In this document: in pieces, positions 38,869 through 49,806 of the stretch
Layout: the number at the start of each line of letters is the position of its first letter
Position numbering within the stretch: the first letter of the stretch is position 1
The notes under the pieces: generated by a model
What the model saw: only the letters and a program-made list of their open reading frames with translations
What the model was told of the DNA's origin: nothing
Database searches by the model: none
Assembly: GCA_965200535.1 (NCBI GenBank)
Contig: CBDAUF010000001.1
Span: 1,162,102 to 1,226,101 of the forward strand
Direction of reading: 5' to 3'
From: Alphaproteobacteria bacterium
GTDB taxonomy: Bacteria > Pseudomonadota > Alphaproteobacteria > MPNO01
DNA length: 64,000 bases
Translations under genes and position numbers: made by a program

Positions 38869-40956
38869 ATGACAGAACCGGAAGCCCTGGGCGCCGGGCT
38901 CAGGCTCGCCGCCGACATCGGCGGTACGTTCACCGACATCGCTGCCTTCGATCCGGCGACCGGCGCTCTCCGGCTCGGCAAGGCGCTGTCCACGCCGGCG
39001 CGGCTGGTGGACGGAATCGCGGCCGGGGTCGGCCGGGCCGGGGTCTCGTTCGCCGACGCCTCGCTCTTTCTCCACGGCTCGACGATCGCGATCAACACGA
39101 TGCTGGAGCGGACCGGCGCCCGTGCCGCGCTGGTCATCACCAAGGGCTTTCGCGACATCTACGAGATCGGACGGGTCAACCGGCCGGATTCCTACAACCT
39201 GTTCTTCAAGAAGCACCGCCCGCTGATCGAGCGTGCGATGTGCTTCGAGATCGACGAGCGGATGCTGGCGGAGGGCGAGCCGCTGACCCCGCTCGACGAG
39301 GACGAGGTCCGCGCGCTGGGCGGAAGGCTCGCCGCGCTCGATGTCGAGGCCGTCGCCATCCTGTTGCTGCACAGTTACCGCAACCCCGACCACGAGCGGC
39401 GGGCGAAGGCGATACTCGAGGAATGCCTGCCCGGCGTCTTCGTCACCGCCTCCTGCGAGCTCTCGCAGGAGTACCGCGAGTTCGAGCGCTGCTCGACGGT
39501 CGCCGCGAACGCCTATATCGGCCCGCGCGTGCGCACCTACCTCGACGGGATCGGCGCCCATCTCGATAGCCACGCCTTCCCCGGGGCGTTCCTCGTCGTG
39601 CAATCGACCGGCGGCCTCTACGACGCGGCCCAGGCCCGGCACGACTGCGTCCACATGCTCGAATCCGGGCCGGCCGCAGGGGTCATCGCCGGCCGCGCGC
39701 TGGCCCGCGCGGTGGAGATCGACAACGCGATCACCTTCGACATGGGCGGCACCACCGCGAAGTCCGGCGTCATCTACGGCGGCGAGGCGCTAACCACGGG
39801 AAGCGCCAAGATCGGCGGCTACGAACAGGGGCTGCCGGTACAGATCGCGATGATGGACATCTTCGAGGTCGGCACCGGCGGCGGGTCGATCGCCCGCGCC
39901 GGGCCGCAGGGCGCGCTTCGCGTCGGGCCGGAGAGCGCCGGCGCGGTCCCGGGGCCGGCCTGTTATCCCGCCGGCGGCGATGCGCCGACGGTGACCGATG
40001 CCAACCTGATCCTGGGCCGCATCGCCCCGGACCGGTTCCTCGGCGGCGCGATGACGCTCGACCGCGACGCCGCGGTCCGGGCGATGAAGGCCGGGATCGC
40101 CGACCCGCTCGGGATGGGGACGGTCGAGGCGGCCGCCGGCGTCCTGCAGATCGCCGCGACCGCGATGTCGTTTGCGGTCAAGGGCGTGTCCACCGAGCGC
40201 GGCCTCGATGCGGGCGCGTTTGCCATGGTCGCCTGCGGCGGCGCGGGACCGCTGCACGCGAGCGCGGTGGCGCGCGAGATCGGCATGCGGGAGATCGTCG
40301 TGCCGCAGGCGCCGGGGCATTTCTCCGCCATCGGCATGCTGCACGCCGACCTGCGTTACGACTATGTCCGCACCTGGTTCGCCCGCCTCGCCGAGGCGCC
40401 GCTCGACGAGGTGGAGCGGATCTATGCCGAGATGGAGGCCGAGGGCCGCGCGGCGGTGGCCGCCACCGGCGCGGACGTCGAGGCCGCGGTGGCCGCGCGC
40501 GCCGCCGACATGCGCTATGTCGGCCAGGAGCATGCGGTGACGGTGGACCTGCCTGCGGCCCTGTTCGCCGCCGGCGACCGGGAGGCGATCAAGACCCGCT
40601 TCGACGAGGTGCACGCGATCCGCTACGGCACCTCGGCGCCGGAGGAACCGGCCGAGCTGGTGAGCCTGAGGGCGACGGTCACCGGCGTGCTGCGCAAGCC
40701 GCCGATGGTGCGCGCCGCGGGCGGAGGATCGCCCGACCCCGCGCCGGCGGAGAGGCGCCGGGTCTACTTTTCGGAGGCGCGCGGTTTCGTCGAAACGCCG
40801 GTCTATCCGCGCCGCGCGCTCGGCGCCGGGGCGGCGGTGGACGGCCCGGCGGTGATCGAGGAGGAGGCCTCGACGACGCTTTTGCTGCCGGGCGACAGCC
40901 TCGCCGTGGACGAGTACGGCAACCTCCGCATCCGGGTCGGGCCGCGCGGATCGTGA
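38869..40956 (+). CDS. hydantoinase/oxoprolinase A subunit (HyuA-type)
   Basis: Hydant_A_N plus Hydantoinase_A domains, 695 aa. Confidence 0.85.
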   Translation: MTEPEALGAGLRLAADIGGTFTDIAAFDPATGALRLGKALSTPARLVDGIAAGVGRAGVSFADASLFLHGSTIAINTMLERTGARAALVITKGFRDIYEIGRVNRPDSYNLFFKKHRPLIERAMCFEIDERMLAEGEPLTPLDEDEVRALGGRLAALDVEAVAILLLHSYRNPDHERRAKAILEECLPGVFVTASCELSQEYREFERCSTVAANAYIGPRVRTYLDGIGAHLDSHAFPGAFLVVQSTGGLYDAAQARHDCVHMLESGPAAGVIAGRALARAVEIDNAITFDMGGTTAKSGVIYGGEALTTGSAKIGGYEQGLPVQIAMMDIFEVGTGGGSIARAGPQGALRVGPESAGAVPGPACYPAGGDAPTVTDANLILGRIAPDRFLGGAMTLDRDAAVRAMKAGIADPLGMGTVEAAAGVLQIAATAMSFAVKGVSTERGLDAGAFAMVACGGAGPLHASAVAREIGMREIVVPQAPGHFSAIGMLHADLRYDYVRTWFARLAEAPLDEVERIYAEMEAEGRAAVAATGADVEAAVAARAADMRYVGQEHAVTVDLPAALFAAGDREAIKTRFDEVHAIRYGTSAPEEPAELVSLRATVTGVLRKPPMVRAAGGGSPDPAPAERRRVYFSEARGFVETPVYPRRALGAGAAVDGPAVIEEEASTTLLLPGDSLAVDEYGNLRIRVGPRGS

Positions 40957-42731
40957 GCGCCGCCGCCCCCCGCGTCGATCCCGTCGTCACCGAACTGGTG
41001 CGCAACGGGCTGATCGCCGTCACCGAGGAGATGAAGACCAACCTGACCCGCACCGCCTACAACATGATCATCTACGAGGCGCTCGACTTCACCGTCGGGC
41101 TGTTCACGGCGGAGGGGGAGACGGTCTCGATCGGCCTTGGCCTGCCGATGTTCATCCGCGGCATGGCGGAAACGGTGAAGGCGAAGCTGCGCCATTTCGG
41201 CGGCGACATCGGGCCGGGCGACATCTTGTTGACCAACGACGCCTATATCACCGGCAGCCATCTCAACCACCTGACCTTCAGCCAGCCGATATTCGACGGC
41301 GATGTCCTGGTCGGCTTTTCGGTCTGCATGGCGCACTGGCCCGACATCGGCGGGACGCTGGACGGGATGACCACCGACATCTATTCGGAGGGTCTCCAGA
41401 TCCCGATCCTCAAGTTCCAGCGCACCGGCGCCGTCAACCAGGACCTGCTCGACATCCTGAGGATGAATGTCCGCCTGCCGGAGCGGGCGATGGGCGACCT
41501 TCGCGCGCAACTCACGGCGATCGCGACCGGCGAGCGGCGCTTTCTCGAGCTCATCCGGCGCTACGGCCGCGGCGCCGTGCTCGACGGCATCGCGGCGATC
41601 ATGGACCAGTCGGAGGCCGCCGCCCGACAGCGCACCCTGGCGATACCGGACGGCGTCTACGAGGCCGAGTCCTTCATGGACGACGACGGTGTGGATATCG
41701 CGAGGCCGGTTCCCATCCGCGTCCGGGTGATCGTCGAGGGCGACAGGATGACGGTCGACCTGTCCGACGTGTCGGAACAGGTCAAGGGGTTCTACAACTC
41801 CGGCGTGACCACCGGTCACGCGTGCACCCAGGTCGCGTTCAAATGCCTGACATCGCCCGTCGACTACCCGATCAACGACGGCAGCTTCCGCAACCTCGAT
41901 ACCGTCGTTCCCATGGGGCGGGTCGTCAGCGCCCGCAAGCCGGCGCCCATGCGCTGGTGGATGACCTTCCCGATGACCATCGTCGATACCGTGTTCCGGG
42001 CGTTGGCGGACGCGATCCCGGAACGCGTCGTCGCCGGACATCACGCCGACCTGATTATCGCCATGCTGAACGGTGTGAACCCGCAGACGTCGGAATTCTA
42101 CATCGCCTTCATCGGCCCCACCGGGGGCGGCTGGGGTGCGAAACGGGCGGAGGACGGCAACAGCGCCACCATCTGCATGAACGACGGTGACACCCACAAC
42201 AGCCCGGTCGAGCAGCTCGAGGCCAAGTATCCCCTGCTGTTCGAGGCCCACGCGCTGCGCCCGGATTCCTGCGGCGCGGGGCGGCGGCGCGGCGGGCTCG
42301 GCATCGAGAACATCGTCCAGGCGCGCGCCGACCTCACGCTGAATACCCAGATCGACCGCGTGCACTGCGCGCCCTGGGGGCTTGCCGGCGGCGGCGACGC
42401 GATGGGCAATGCGGTCGCGGTGCGACGCGGCGGCGCCTGGCAGGACGATTTTCCCAATGCCAAGGTACTGACCGCGCGCCTCAAGGCGGGCGAGGCGTTC
42501 GCCCTGCGCTCGGGCGGCGGCGGCGGCTTCGGATCGCCGCTGGAACGGCCGGTCGAGGACGTCGCCGGCGACGTCCGCCAGGGTTATGTCACGCCGGACG
42601 CCGCGTTCCGCGATTACGGCGTCGTCTGCGACAACGCGACGCTTGCCGTGGATGCCGATGCATCGGAAAGGGTCCGCGCGGCCAAGCGCGCGCTCGCCGG
42701 CATCGCCCCCGCCCCCGCCACGGGCGGCTGA
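40953..42731 (+). CDS. hydantoinase/oxoprolinase B subunit (HyuB-type)
   Basis: Hydantoinase_B domain. GTGA overlap with the A subunit. Confidence 0.85.
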   Translation: MSAAAPRVDPVVTELVRNGLIAVTEEMKTNLTRTAYNMIIYEALDFTVGLFTAEGETVSIGLGLPMFIRGMAETVKAKLRHFGGDIGPGDILLTNDAYITGSHLNHLTFSQPIFDGDVLVGFSVCMAHWPDIGGTLDGMTTDIYSEGLQIPILKFQRTGAVNQDLLDILRMNVRLPERAMGDLRAQLTAIATGERRFLELIRRYGRGAVLDGIAAIMDQSEAAARQRTLAIPDGVYEAESFMDDDGVDIARPVPIRVRVIVEGDRMTVDLSDVSEQVKGFYNSGVTTGHACTQVAFKCLTSPVDYPINDGSFRNLDTVVPMGRVVSARKPAPMRWWMTFPMTIVDTVFRALADAIPERVVAGHHADLIIAMLNGVNPQTSEFYIAFIGPTGGGWGAKRAEDGNSATICMNDGDTHNSPVEQLEAKYPLLFEAHALRPDSCGAGRRRGGLGIENIVQARADLTLNTQIDRVHCAPWGLAGGGDAMGNAVAVRRGGAWQDDFPNAKVLTARLKAGEAFALRSGGGGGFGSPLERPVEDVAGDVRQGYVTPDAAFRDYGVVCDNATLAVDADASERVRAAKRALAGIAPAPATGG

Positions 42732-42792
42732 AAGGGCGCCTACGCGGCGGGACCCCGCCTGCATTTGCGCGATCGCGTTCCCCGGCGAATGC

Positions 42793-43098
42793 TCAGAAGC
42801 CGGCCTGCGACGCGGGCTTGATCGAGATCGCGAAACTCGCGCCGGTGCCGCCGCAGCAGGGGCACGCGATCGCATCGAGCACCGCCTGCCTGCGGTCCGG
42901 GGCGATGTCGGCGTCGGCCAGCAGCGCCTCCACCTGGCGGCGGACCGCGGTGTGGATCGGATCCGGCGGTGTGGCGGGCCGGTCGGACTGGGCGGGCGTC
43001 CCGGCCCGCTCCCTTTCCGCGGTTCGTGCGGCGCGGTAGAGCGCGCGGAACGGGCCGGTGAGGTTGAGATAACGGGCGTCGTCCGCCGGCCCCGCCAT
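42793..43098 (-). CDS. small Cys-containing protein (…IACPCCGGTGASF…), last gene of the TPP-decarboxylase operon
   Basis: ATG at 43098, 101 aa. No family recognised. Confidence 0.35.
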   Translation of the reverse strand: MAGPADDARYLNLTGPFRALYRAARTAERERAGTPAQSDRPATPPDPIHTAVRRQVEALLADADIAPDRRQAVLDAIACPCCGGTGASFAISIKPASQAGF

Positions 43099-43112
43099 CG
43101 GCCCTGCGGGCC

Positions 43113-43721
43113 TCAGTTCTGCGGCGCGCCGGGATGGATGACGACCCCCTCCAGCTTCTCCACGTAGCGCAGGAAGCGGTACTTGTCCTCGATCCCGTCG
43201 GTCGGCTTGCGGTCCTTCCACTCCCACGAATGTTTGCCCGGCTGGATCCGAGCGACCAGATAGCCCATCTCGCCGTCGTCCAGCATCGCCGCGAGCCGGT
43301 CCGCAAGCGCGCCGGTCTCGTCCGCCGTCGCGCAGTTGAGGCAGCCGGCGCCCTCCGCCATGCGGGCGAGATCGGTGTTTTTCGAGGTCAGCGTCGGCGG
43401 CCCGCCGATGTTCTCGTAGATGCCGTTGTCGAAGACCAGCACCGTCAGGTTGGGCGGGCGTTCGGCGCCCAGGGTGCACAGGATGCCGGTGTTCATCAGC
43501 ATCGACCCGTCGCTCTCGAAGGCGACGATGCGGCGGTGCGGCAGGGCGACGGCGAGGCCGAGCGCGGTCGAGGTGACGGAGCCGAGCACCCCGGTGAAGA
43601 ACGTGTTGTCGGCGGGCTTCAGGTTCCACCAGTCGTCCCAAGTCGCGCCGATCGACGTCGTGACCAGGTCGTCGGCGGTGATCAGCGGCGCGATCGCGCC
43701 GAAGGCGTCAATCCTGCGCAT
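43113..43721 (-). CDS. thiamine-diphosphate enzyme, C-terminal TPP-binding half (sulfopyruvate/phosphonopyruvate decarboxylase beta, ComE-like)
   Basis: GDG…NN TPP motif region (ESDGSMLMNTG…VFDNG). Confidence 0.65.
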   Translation of the reverse strand: MRRIDAFGAIAPLITADDLVTTSIGATWDDWWNLKPADNTFFTGVLGSVTSTALGLAVALPHRRIVAFESDGSMLMNTGILCTLGAERPPNLTVLVFDNGIYENIGGPPTLTSKNTDLARMAEGAGCLNCATADETGALADRLAAMLDDGEMGYLVARIQPGKHSWEWKDRKPTDGIEDKYRFLRYVEKLEGVVIHPGAPQN

Positions 43722-44253
43722 AGGCGGGGCGCTCCACGCAGTTGCCCGAAAGCACCAGTGCAACCGGCCAGTTGCTGCCGTCGGCGTGCAGGAACGCGCG
43801 GCGGATCGCCGGCTTGATCTCCCCGGGTTCGGTGACCTCCCGGTAGGGGATGCGCAGCGCGTCGAGGATCGGCGCCATGGTCTGCGCGTGGTTGTGGCCC
43901 CACCAGTTCTGCTCCCCCCATTCGCCGCGGAAGCTCATCACCATCACCATCGGCATGGCGTGCTGGAAGGCCAGCCGTGCGACCGGCTCGCAGCACTGGC
44001 GGATGCCCGAGTTTTCCATGATCATCAGCGCCCGCTTGCCGGCGAGATAGGTCCCGGCGCAGATGCCCGGCATGTCCGCCTCGTTGGAGACTTGGATGTA
44101 GCGAATCGCGTTGTCCGCGGCGCACAGGCGGTAGACGCTCGCCAGCAGCGACTCGGGCAGGGCGGCGACGACGCTGACGCCGGCGTCCTTGAGCCCCTCG
44201 ACGAACAGCCGCGCGTATTCCGGAACCGCCGGCCCGTCGGCGCCGCCGTTCAC
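43708..44253 (-). CDS. thiamine-diphosphate enzyme, N-terminal pyrimidine-binding half (ComD-like)
   Basis: GTG at 44253 overlapping the CoxG-like stop (GTGA). TPP_enzyme_N-like, 181 aa. The upstream part of ORF 43708..44724 is junk. Confidence 0.65.
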   Translation of the reverse strand: MNGGADGPAVPEYARLFVEGLKDAGVSVVAALPESLLASVYRLCAADNAIRYIQVSNEADMPGICAGTYLAGKRALMIMENSGIRQCCEPVARLAFQHAMPMVMVMSFRGEWGEQNWWGHNHAQTMAPILDALRIPYREVTEPGEIKPAIRRAFLHADGSNWPVALVLSGNCVERPAYAQD

Positions 44254-44699
44254 GACGGGGCCTCGGCCTTTTCGCGGAAATTCCCGGCGAATGTGCGCCC
44301 GAGGTCGCGCGCCTTCTTCTTCATCACGCCCAGCCCGAACTTGCCGAGGCGGCCGAAGACCGAGACATCCGAGGCGTAGGCGATCTCGGTCCCGTCCTCG
44401 ACCTCGGAGAGAGTGAGCGTGCTTGCCGCATTCAATGTGCTCGCGCGGCCGCCTTCCTCGCCCGTCGTCGTGGATGCGGCGTAATGAGGCGGGCGTTCCT
44501 CGGTTTTCTCGACGATGACCGAGAAGGTCGTCTTGATCGGGCCCACGGCGACCCTGATGTCGGCCTTGTAGGTTGCCGCACCCGTCGCCTCGACCCGTTC
44601 GCAGCCGGGGATGCACGGCCCCACGATCTCCGGGTCGGTAATCATCGCCCAGACCCGTTCGATCGGCGCATCGACGGTGAAACTGTCCTCGATCTTCAA
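44250..44699 (-). CDS. SRPBCC-family protein, CoxG-like
   Basis: LKIEDSFTVDAPIERVWAMITDPEIVGPCIPGCE N-terminus. TTG start with GGGAGA upstream. Confidence 0.65.
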   Translation of the reverse strand: MKIEDSFTVDAPIERVWAMITDPEIVGPCIPGCERVEATGAATYKADIRVAVGPIKTTFSVIVEKTEERPPHYAASTTTGEEGGRASTLNAASTLTLSEVEDGTEIAYASDVSVFGRLGKFGLGVMKKKARDLGRTFAGNFREKAEAPS

Positions 44700-44916
44700 T
44701 CCGGGTCTCCCGATCCGCGCCCATCCTACGGGAGCGTCCGACCGGGCCGCAACGGCGCAGTTTTCCTCGTGCGCTGCGCGTCGGACCTCCTTTCCTGACG
44801 CGCGCGCAACGTCATCGTATGGTCGGCAGTCGCCACGGTCTTTCTCCGGTCGGGCGGACTCACGACGGTCGGGAACACAGTCGGGACTTGCCGAGACAGA
44901 GATAGGACCGCCGCCC

Positions 44917-46452
44917 ATGCCGCGAACCCGCCGCCCGGCCGCCTTCGCCGCCGCGTTGCTGGCCCTCCTCGCGACGCTCTGGCTGCCGGCAGCCGCCGAG
45001 CCGCTTTCCCTGACGCTCATCCATGTGAACGACTGGGACCGGATGGAGGGCGTGGACGGCCGGGGCGGGGCGGCGAAGATCGCGGCGGTCGTTGCCGAAG
45101 AGCGCGCCCGCGCCGAGGCGGAAGGCGGCCTGGCCCTTGCCACCTTCGGCGGCGACATGATCTCGCCGTCGATGCTTTCCGGGCTGGACAAGGGCGAACA
45201 CATGATCGAGCTCGCGAACGCCATCGGGTTCGATCTCGCGGTCCCGGGGAACCACGAGTTCGATTTCGGCCCCGAGAGCCTCATGCAGCGGCTCGAACAG
45301 TCCGCCGCGGTGTGGCTCGCCGGCAATGTCCGCTACCGGGGCAAAGCCGGCTTTCCCGGCGCCCGGACCACCAGGATCGTGGAGCACGGCGGATTCAGGA
45401 TCGGCTTCCTCGGCCTCGTCACCCCCGAGACCGCCTTCATCTCGTCCCCCGGCAAGGACGTCTCCTTCACCCCTTTCGTGGAAACCGGCGCTGCGCTCGC
45501 GGCCGAATTGAGGGATGCCGGGGCCGACTTGGTGATTGCGCTCACGCACAACGATCTCGCGCACGACATCGAACTGCTGCGCGCATCGGACAAGATCGAC
45601 GCCGTTCTCGGCGGCCACGACCATCTCGCCGTCGCCTGGTTCGATGGGCGGCAGACGGTGCTGAAGGCCGGCTCGCAGGGCATCCATGTCGGCGTACTCA
45701 GGATTGCGCTCGACCGCATCGAGGATCGCGACGGCAGGTCCCGCGTGGTGTGGACGCCGGACTACGAACTCCGCTCGACCGACGGTGTGACGGGCGCGGC
45801 GGCGCTGGCGGCAAAGGTCGAAAAACACCGAAAACGGCTCGACGGCCGCCTCGCCATCGCCGTGGGCAAGACGGCGACCGAACTGGACACGCGCCGCGCG
45901 TCGGTCCGGTCGGGCGAAAACGCCTTCGGCAATCTGGTGGCCGACGCCATGCGGGCCGCCGTCGGCGCCGACATCGCACTCACCAATGCCGGCGGGATTC
46001 GGGGCGACACTGTCTATCCGGCCGGTTCCGAAATCACCGGCAAGCTGGTGCTGACCGAACTGCCCTTCGGCGACAGAACCGTGAAGCTCGCGCTCTCCGG
46101 CGCGCAGGTCAGGGCGGCCCTGGAGCACGGCGTTTCCGGCACGGAAGGCATGAGCGGCGCCTTCCCGCATGTTTCCGGCCTGACCTTCTCCTTCGACGCA
46201 GGCCGGCGGAAAGGCGGCCGGGTCGTCGATGTTGCCGTCGGCGGCAAACCGCTGACGGAGGAGAGGATCTATACGCTCGCCACCAACGACTTCCTCGCCG
46301 AGGGCGGAAACCGCTATTCCATGTTCGCCGGGGCGGAAAGGCGCATCGCCGCCAGGGACGGTTCCTTCGCGGCCGTCCAGGTGATGGAATTCGTCGAGGC
46401 CGCCGGCACCGTCTCGCCCGCGGTCGAGGGGCGGATCGTCCGTCTCGATTGA
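44917..46452 (+). CDS. bifunctional metallophosphatase/5'-nucleotidase (UshA-like), secreted
   Basis: Signal peptide, GNHEFD metallophosphatase motif and a 5'-nucleotidase C domain. Confidence 0.8.
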   Translation: MPRTRRPAAFAAALLALLATLWLPAAAEPLSLTLIHVNDWDRMEGVDGRGGAAKIAAVVAEERARAEAEGGLALATFGGDMISPSMLSGLDKGEHMIELANAIGFDLAVPGNHEFDFGPESLMQRLEQSAAVWLAGNVRYRGKAGFPGARTTRIVEHGGFRIGFLGLVTPETAFISSPGKDVSFTPFVETGAALAAELRDAGADLVIALTHNDLAHDIELLRASDKIDAVLGGHDHLAVAWFDGRQTVLKAGSQGIHVGVLRIALDRIEDRDGRSRVVWTPDYELRSTDGVTGAAALAAKVEKHRKRLDGRLAIAVGKTATELDTRRASVRSGENAFGNLVADAMRAAVGADIALTNAGGIRGDTVYPAGSEITGKLVLTELPFGDRTVKLALSGAQVRAALEHGVSGTEGMSGAFPHVSGLTFSFDAGRRKGGRVVDVAVGGKPLTEERIYTLATNDFLAEGGNRYSMFAGAERRIAARDGSFAAVQVMEFVEAAGTVSPAVEGRIVRLD

Positions 46453-46575
46453 AGAGGATCGGTATTCCGGCATGATGGCACCCCGGCCGCCGGCGGAGAG
46501 GTCAGTCCCTGCACCGCGTCCGGCGGCCGAATGCGGGCGGGGCGGCCGGCGGGGCGTGTCGGGAGGAACGGGGGT

Positions 46576-47073
46576 ATGAAACGAACCTATCGGGGCTCCT
46601 GTCATTGTGGCAACGTCCGCTTCGAGGTCGAGGCCGATATCGACCACGTGCGGGTCTGCAACTGCTCGGTCTGCCACAAGCGGGGCGCCCTCATCCACCG
46701 GGTGCCCGAGGAGGCGGTTCGCCTGCTGACCCCGCTGGACGACCTCACCCTTTACCGGTGGGGATCCTTCACGGGCGAAGACTATTTCTGCCCCATCTGC
46801 GGCATCCTTCCCTTCCGCCGTCCCAGCTATCCGACGGAAGAGGAAATCGGGCGCGGCATCGCACCCTTCTCGGGCTGGGCCGTCAACACCCGCTGTCTGG
46901 ACGGGTTCGACGCCGCCGGCGCACCGGTGAGGCCGATCGACCGCCGGGATACGCCTGTGGAGAATGTCAGGAGGCGTTTCGACCGGAACAAGGGACATGC
47001 AGCCCCGAGCCCCGTTACGCGGACCGCGTCCGATCGCGGACGCTCCCGCTCCGGGCTGCGCGACCGGAGGTGA
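46576..47073 (+). CDS. GFA-family (CENP-V/glutathione-dependent formaldehyde-activating) zinc protein
   Basis: CHCG…CNCSVC…CPICG cysteine pattern. GGGAGG RBS. Confidence 0.7.
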   Translation: MKRTYRGSCHCGNVRFEVEADIDHVRVCNCSVCHKRGALIHRVPEEAVRLLTPLDDLTLYRWGSFTGEDYFCPICGILPFRRPSYPTEEEIGRGIAPFSGWAVNTRCLDGFDAAGAPVRPIDRRDTPVENVRRRFDRNKGHAAPSPVTRTASDRGRSRSGLRDRR

Positions 47074-47080
47074 CCCAGCC

Positions 47081-48376
<1,296 letters not shown>

Positions 48377-48554
48377 GCCATACGGCGTACCCGGACGGGC
48401 GCTCGTCCGGGCGCCGGGTTCGCGGTTGACGGGCGAACAACGCCCGGCGGCGGCTCGGGGCCGCGCCAACGCCCCTGCTCAAAAGAACCCGGAAAATCCA
48501 ACTTGCGCGAACAAATCAAGCTGCGACGGTCGACGAACGCAAGGCTGCCGGCCC

Positions 48555-49760
48555 TCAGACCGGGGCGCGATCAGGCCGGGAGGCGCCCCCTTGCCGCGGC
48601 AGTTGCTGTTCGACCAGCGCAACCCAATAGCTTGCGCCGAGCGGAAGGATGGCGTCGTTGAAATCATATTCCGGGTTATGGACAAAACAGCCGCCCTCGG
48701 AACCCGTGCCGTTGCCGATGAGAATGTACGCGCCGGGGCGTTTCTGCAGCATCCATGCAAAATCTTCCGACGCCATGAGCGGGCGGGCGCCGCTGTCGAC
48801 ATGCCCGGCCCCGACCAGACTGGCCGCCGCCTCGGCCGCGGCGCAGGTTTCTCCAGGATGGTTGATCAGGATCGGATACTGGCGACGGTAATCGACGTCG
48901 CAGTCGACGCCGTAGGCGGCGCAGATGCCGTTCGCAATCCGCACCATCGAGGCTTCCATATCCGCCTGCGCATCCTCGCTCAAGGTACGCACCGTCCCCT
49001 CGATGACAGTGTCTTCCGGAATGACATTGACGGCGCTGCCGCCGGCGATGCGGGCGACGCTCATGACCAGGTCGTCGGATCGCGAACGCCGGGAACCGAG
49101 ATATTCGTTGAGGGCCGACACGATGGCGCAGGCGGGGAGGATCGGGCTGCGCGCCTTTTCCGGGAAGGCGCCGTGGCCGCCGAGGCCCCGAACCGTGATC
49201 CTGAACACGTCCATCGATGCCATGAAGGCGCCCGGGGCGATGGCGAACCGGCCGGTTTCGATGCCCGGGAGATTGTGCATGCCGTAAAGGGCCTCCGGAT
49301 GGATCAGCTCGAAGAGCCCGTCCTCCATCATCGCCAGTCCGCCGTTCCCCGCTTCCTCCGCGGGCTGGAAGATGAAGTGGACAATGCCGTCGAATGCGCG
49401 TGTCTTGGCGAGATACCAGGCCGCACCGAGCAGCATCGCCGTATGGCCGTCATGCCCGCAGCCATGCATCTTTCCATCCGTTTGCGAGCGGTGCTCGAAA
49501 TTGTTCTCCTCATGAAGATTCAGCGCATCGAGATCCGCTCTCAGGGCGATGCAGCGATCCGATTGCCCTGCCCTGAGCGTTCCCACCACACCGGTGACAG
49601 CCATGCCGCGGTTCACGGTCAGACCGAATTGGGACAGTTTTTCCGCGACGATCCGGCTGGTCCGGTGTTCCTCGAACCCGATCTCCGGATGTCTGTGAAA
49701 ATCCCGGCGCCAGGCTGTCATCTCGGGATGGATATCGACAATTCCATCGATGAGTCTCAT
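48555..49760 (-). CDS. M20D amidohydrolase (hippurate hydrolase/N-acyl-amino-acid amidohydrolase type)
   Basis: Peptidase_M20 plus M20_dimer. It is operonic with the TRAP transporter genes. Confidence 0.8.
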   Translation of the reverse strand: MRLIDGIVDIHPEMTAWRRDFHRHPEIGFEEHRTSRIVAEKLSQFGLTVNRGMAVTGVVGTLRAGQSDRCIALRADLDALNLHEENNFEHRSQTDGKMHGCGHDGHTAMLLGAAWYLAKTRAFDGIVHFIFQPAEEAGNGGLAMMEDGLFELIHPEALYGMHNLPGIETGRFAIAPGAFMASMDVFRITVRGLGGHGAFPEKARSPILPACAIVSALNEYLGSRRSRSDDLVMSVARIAGGSAVNVIPEDTVIEGTVRTLSEDAQADMEASMVRIANGICAAYGVDCDVDYRRQYPILINHPGETCAAAEAAASLVGAGHVDSGARPLMASEDFAWMLQKRPGAYILIGNGTGSEGGCFVHNPEYDFNDAILPLGASYWVALVEQQLPRQGGASRPDRAPV

Positions 49761-49806
49761 TTCGTATCCCAACGGGCCGGCTGTCCGCATCTCCGCACGC
49801 GGCTTG

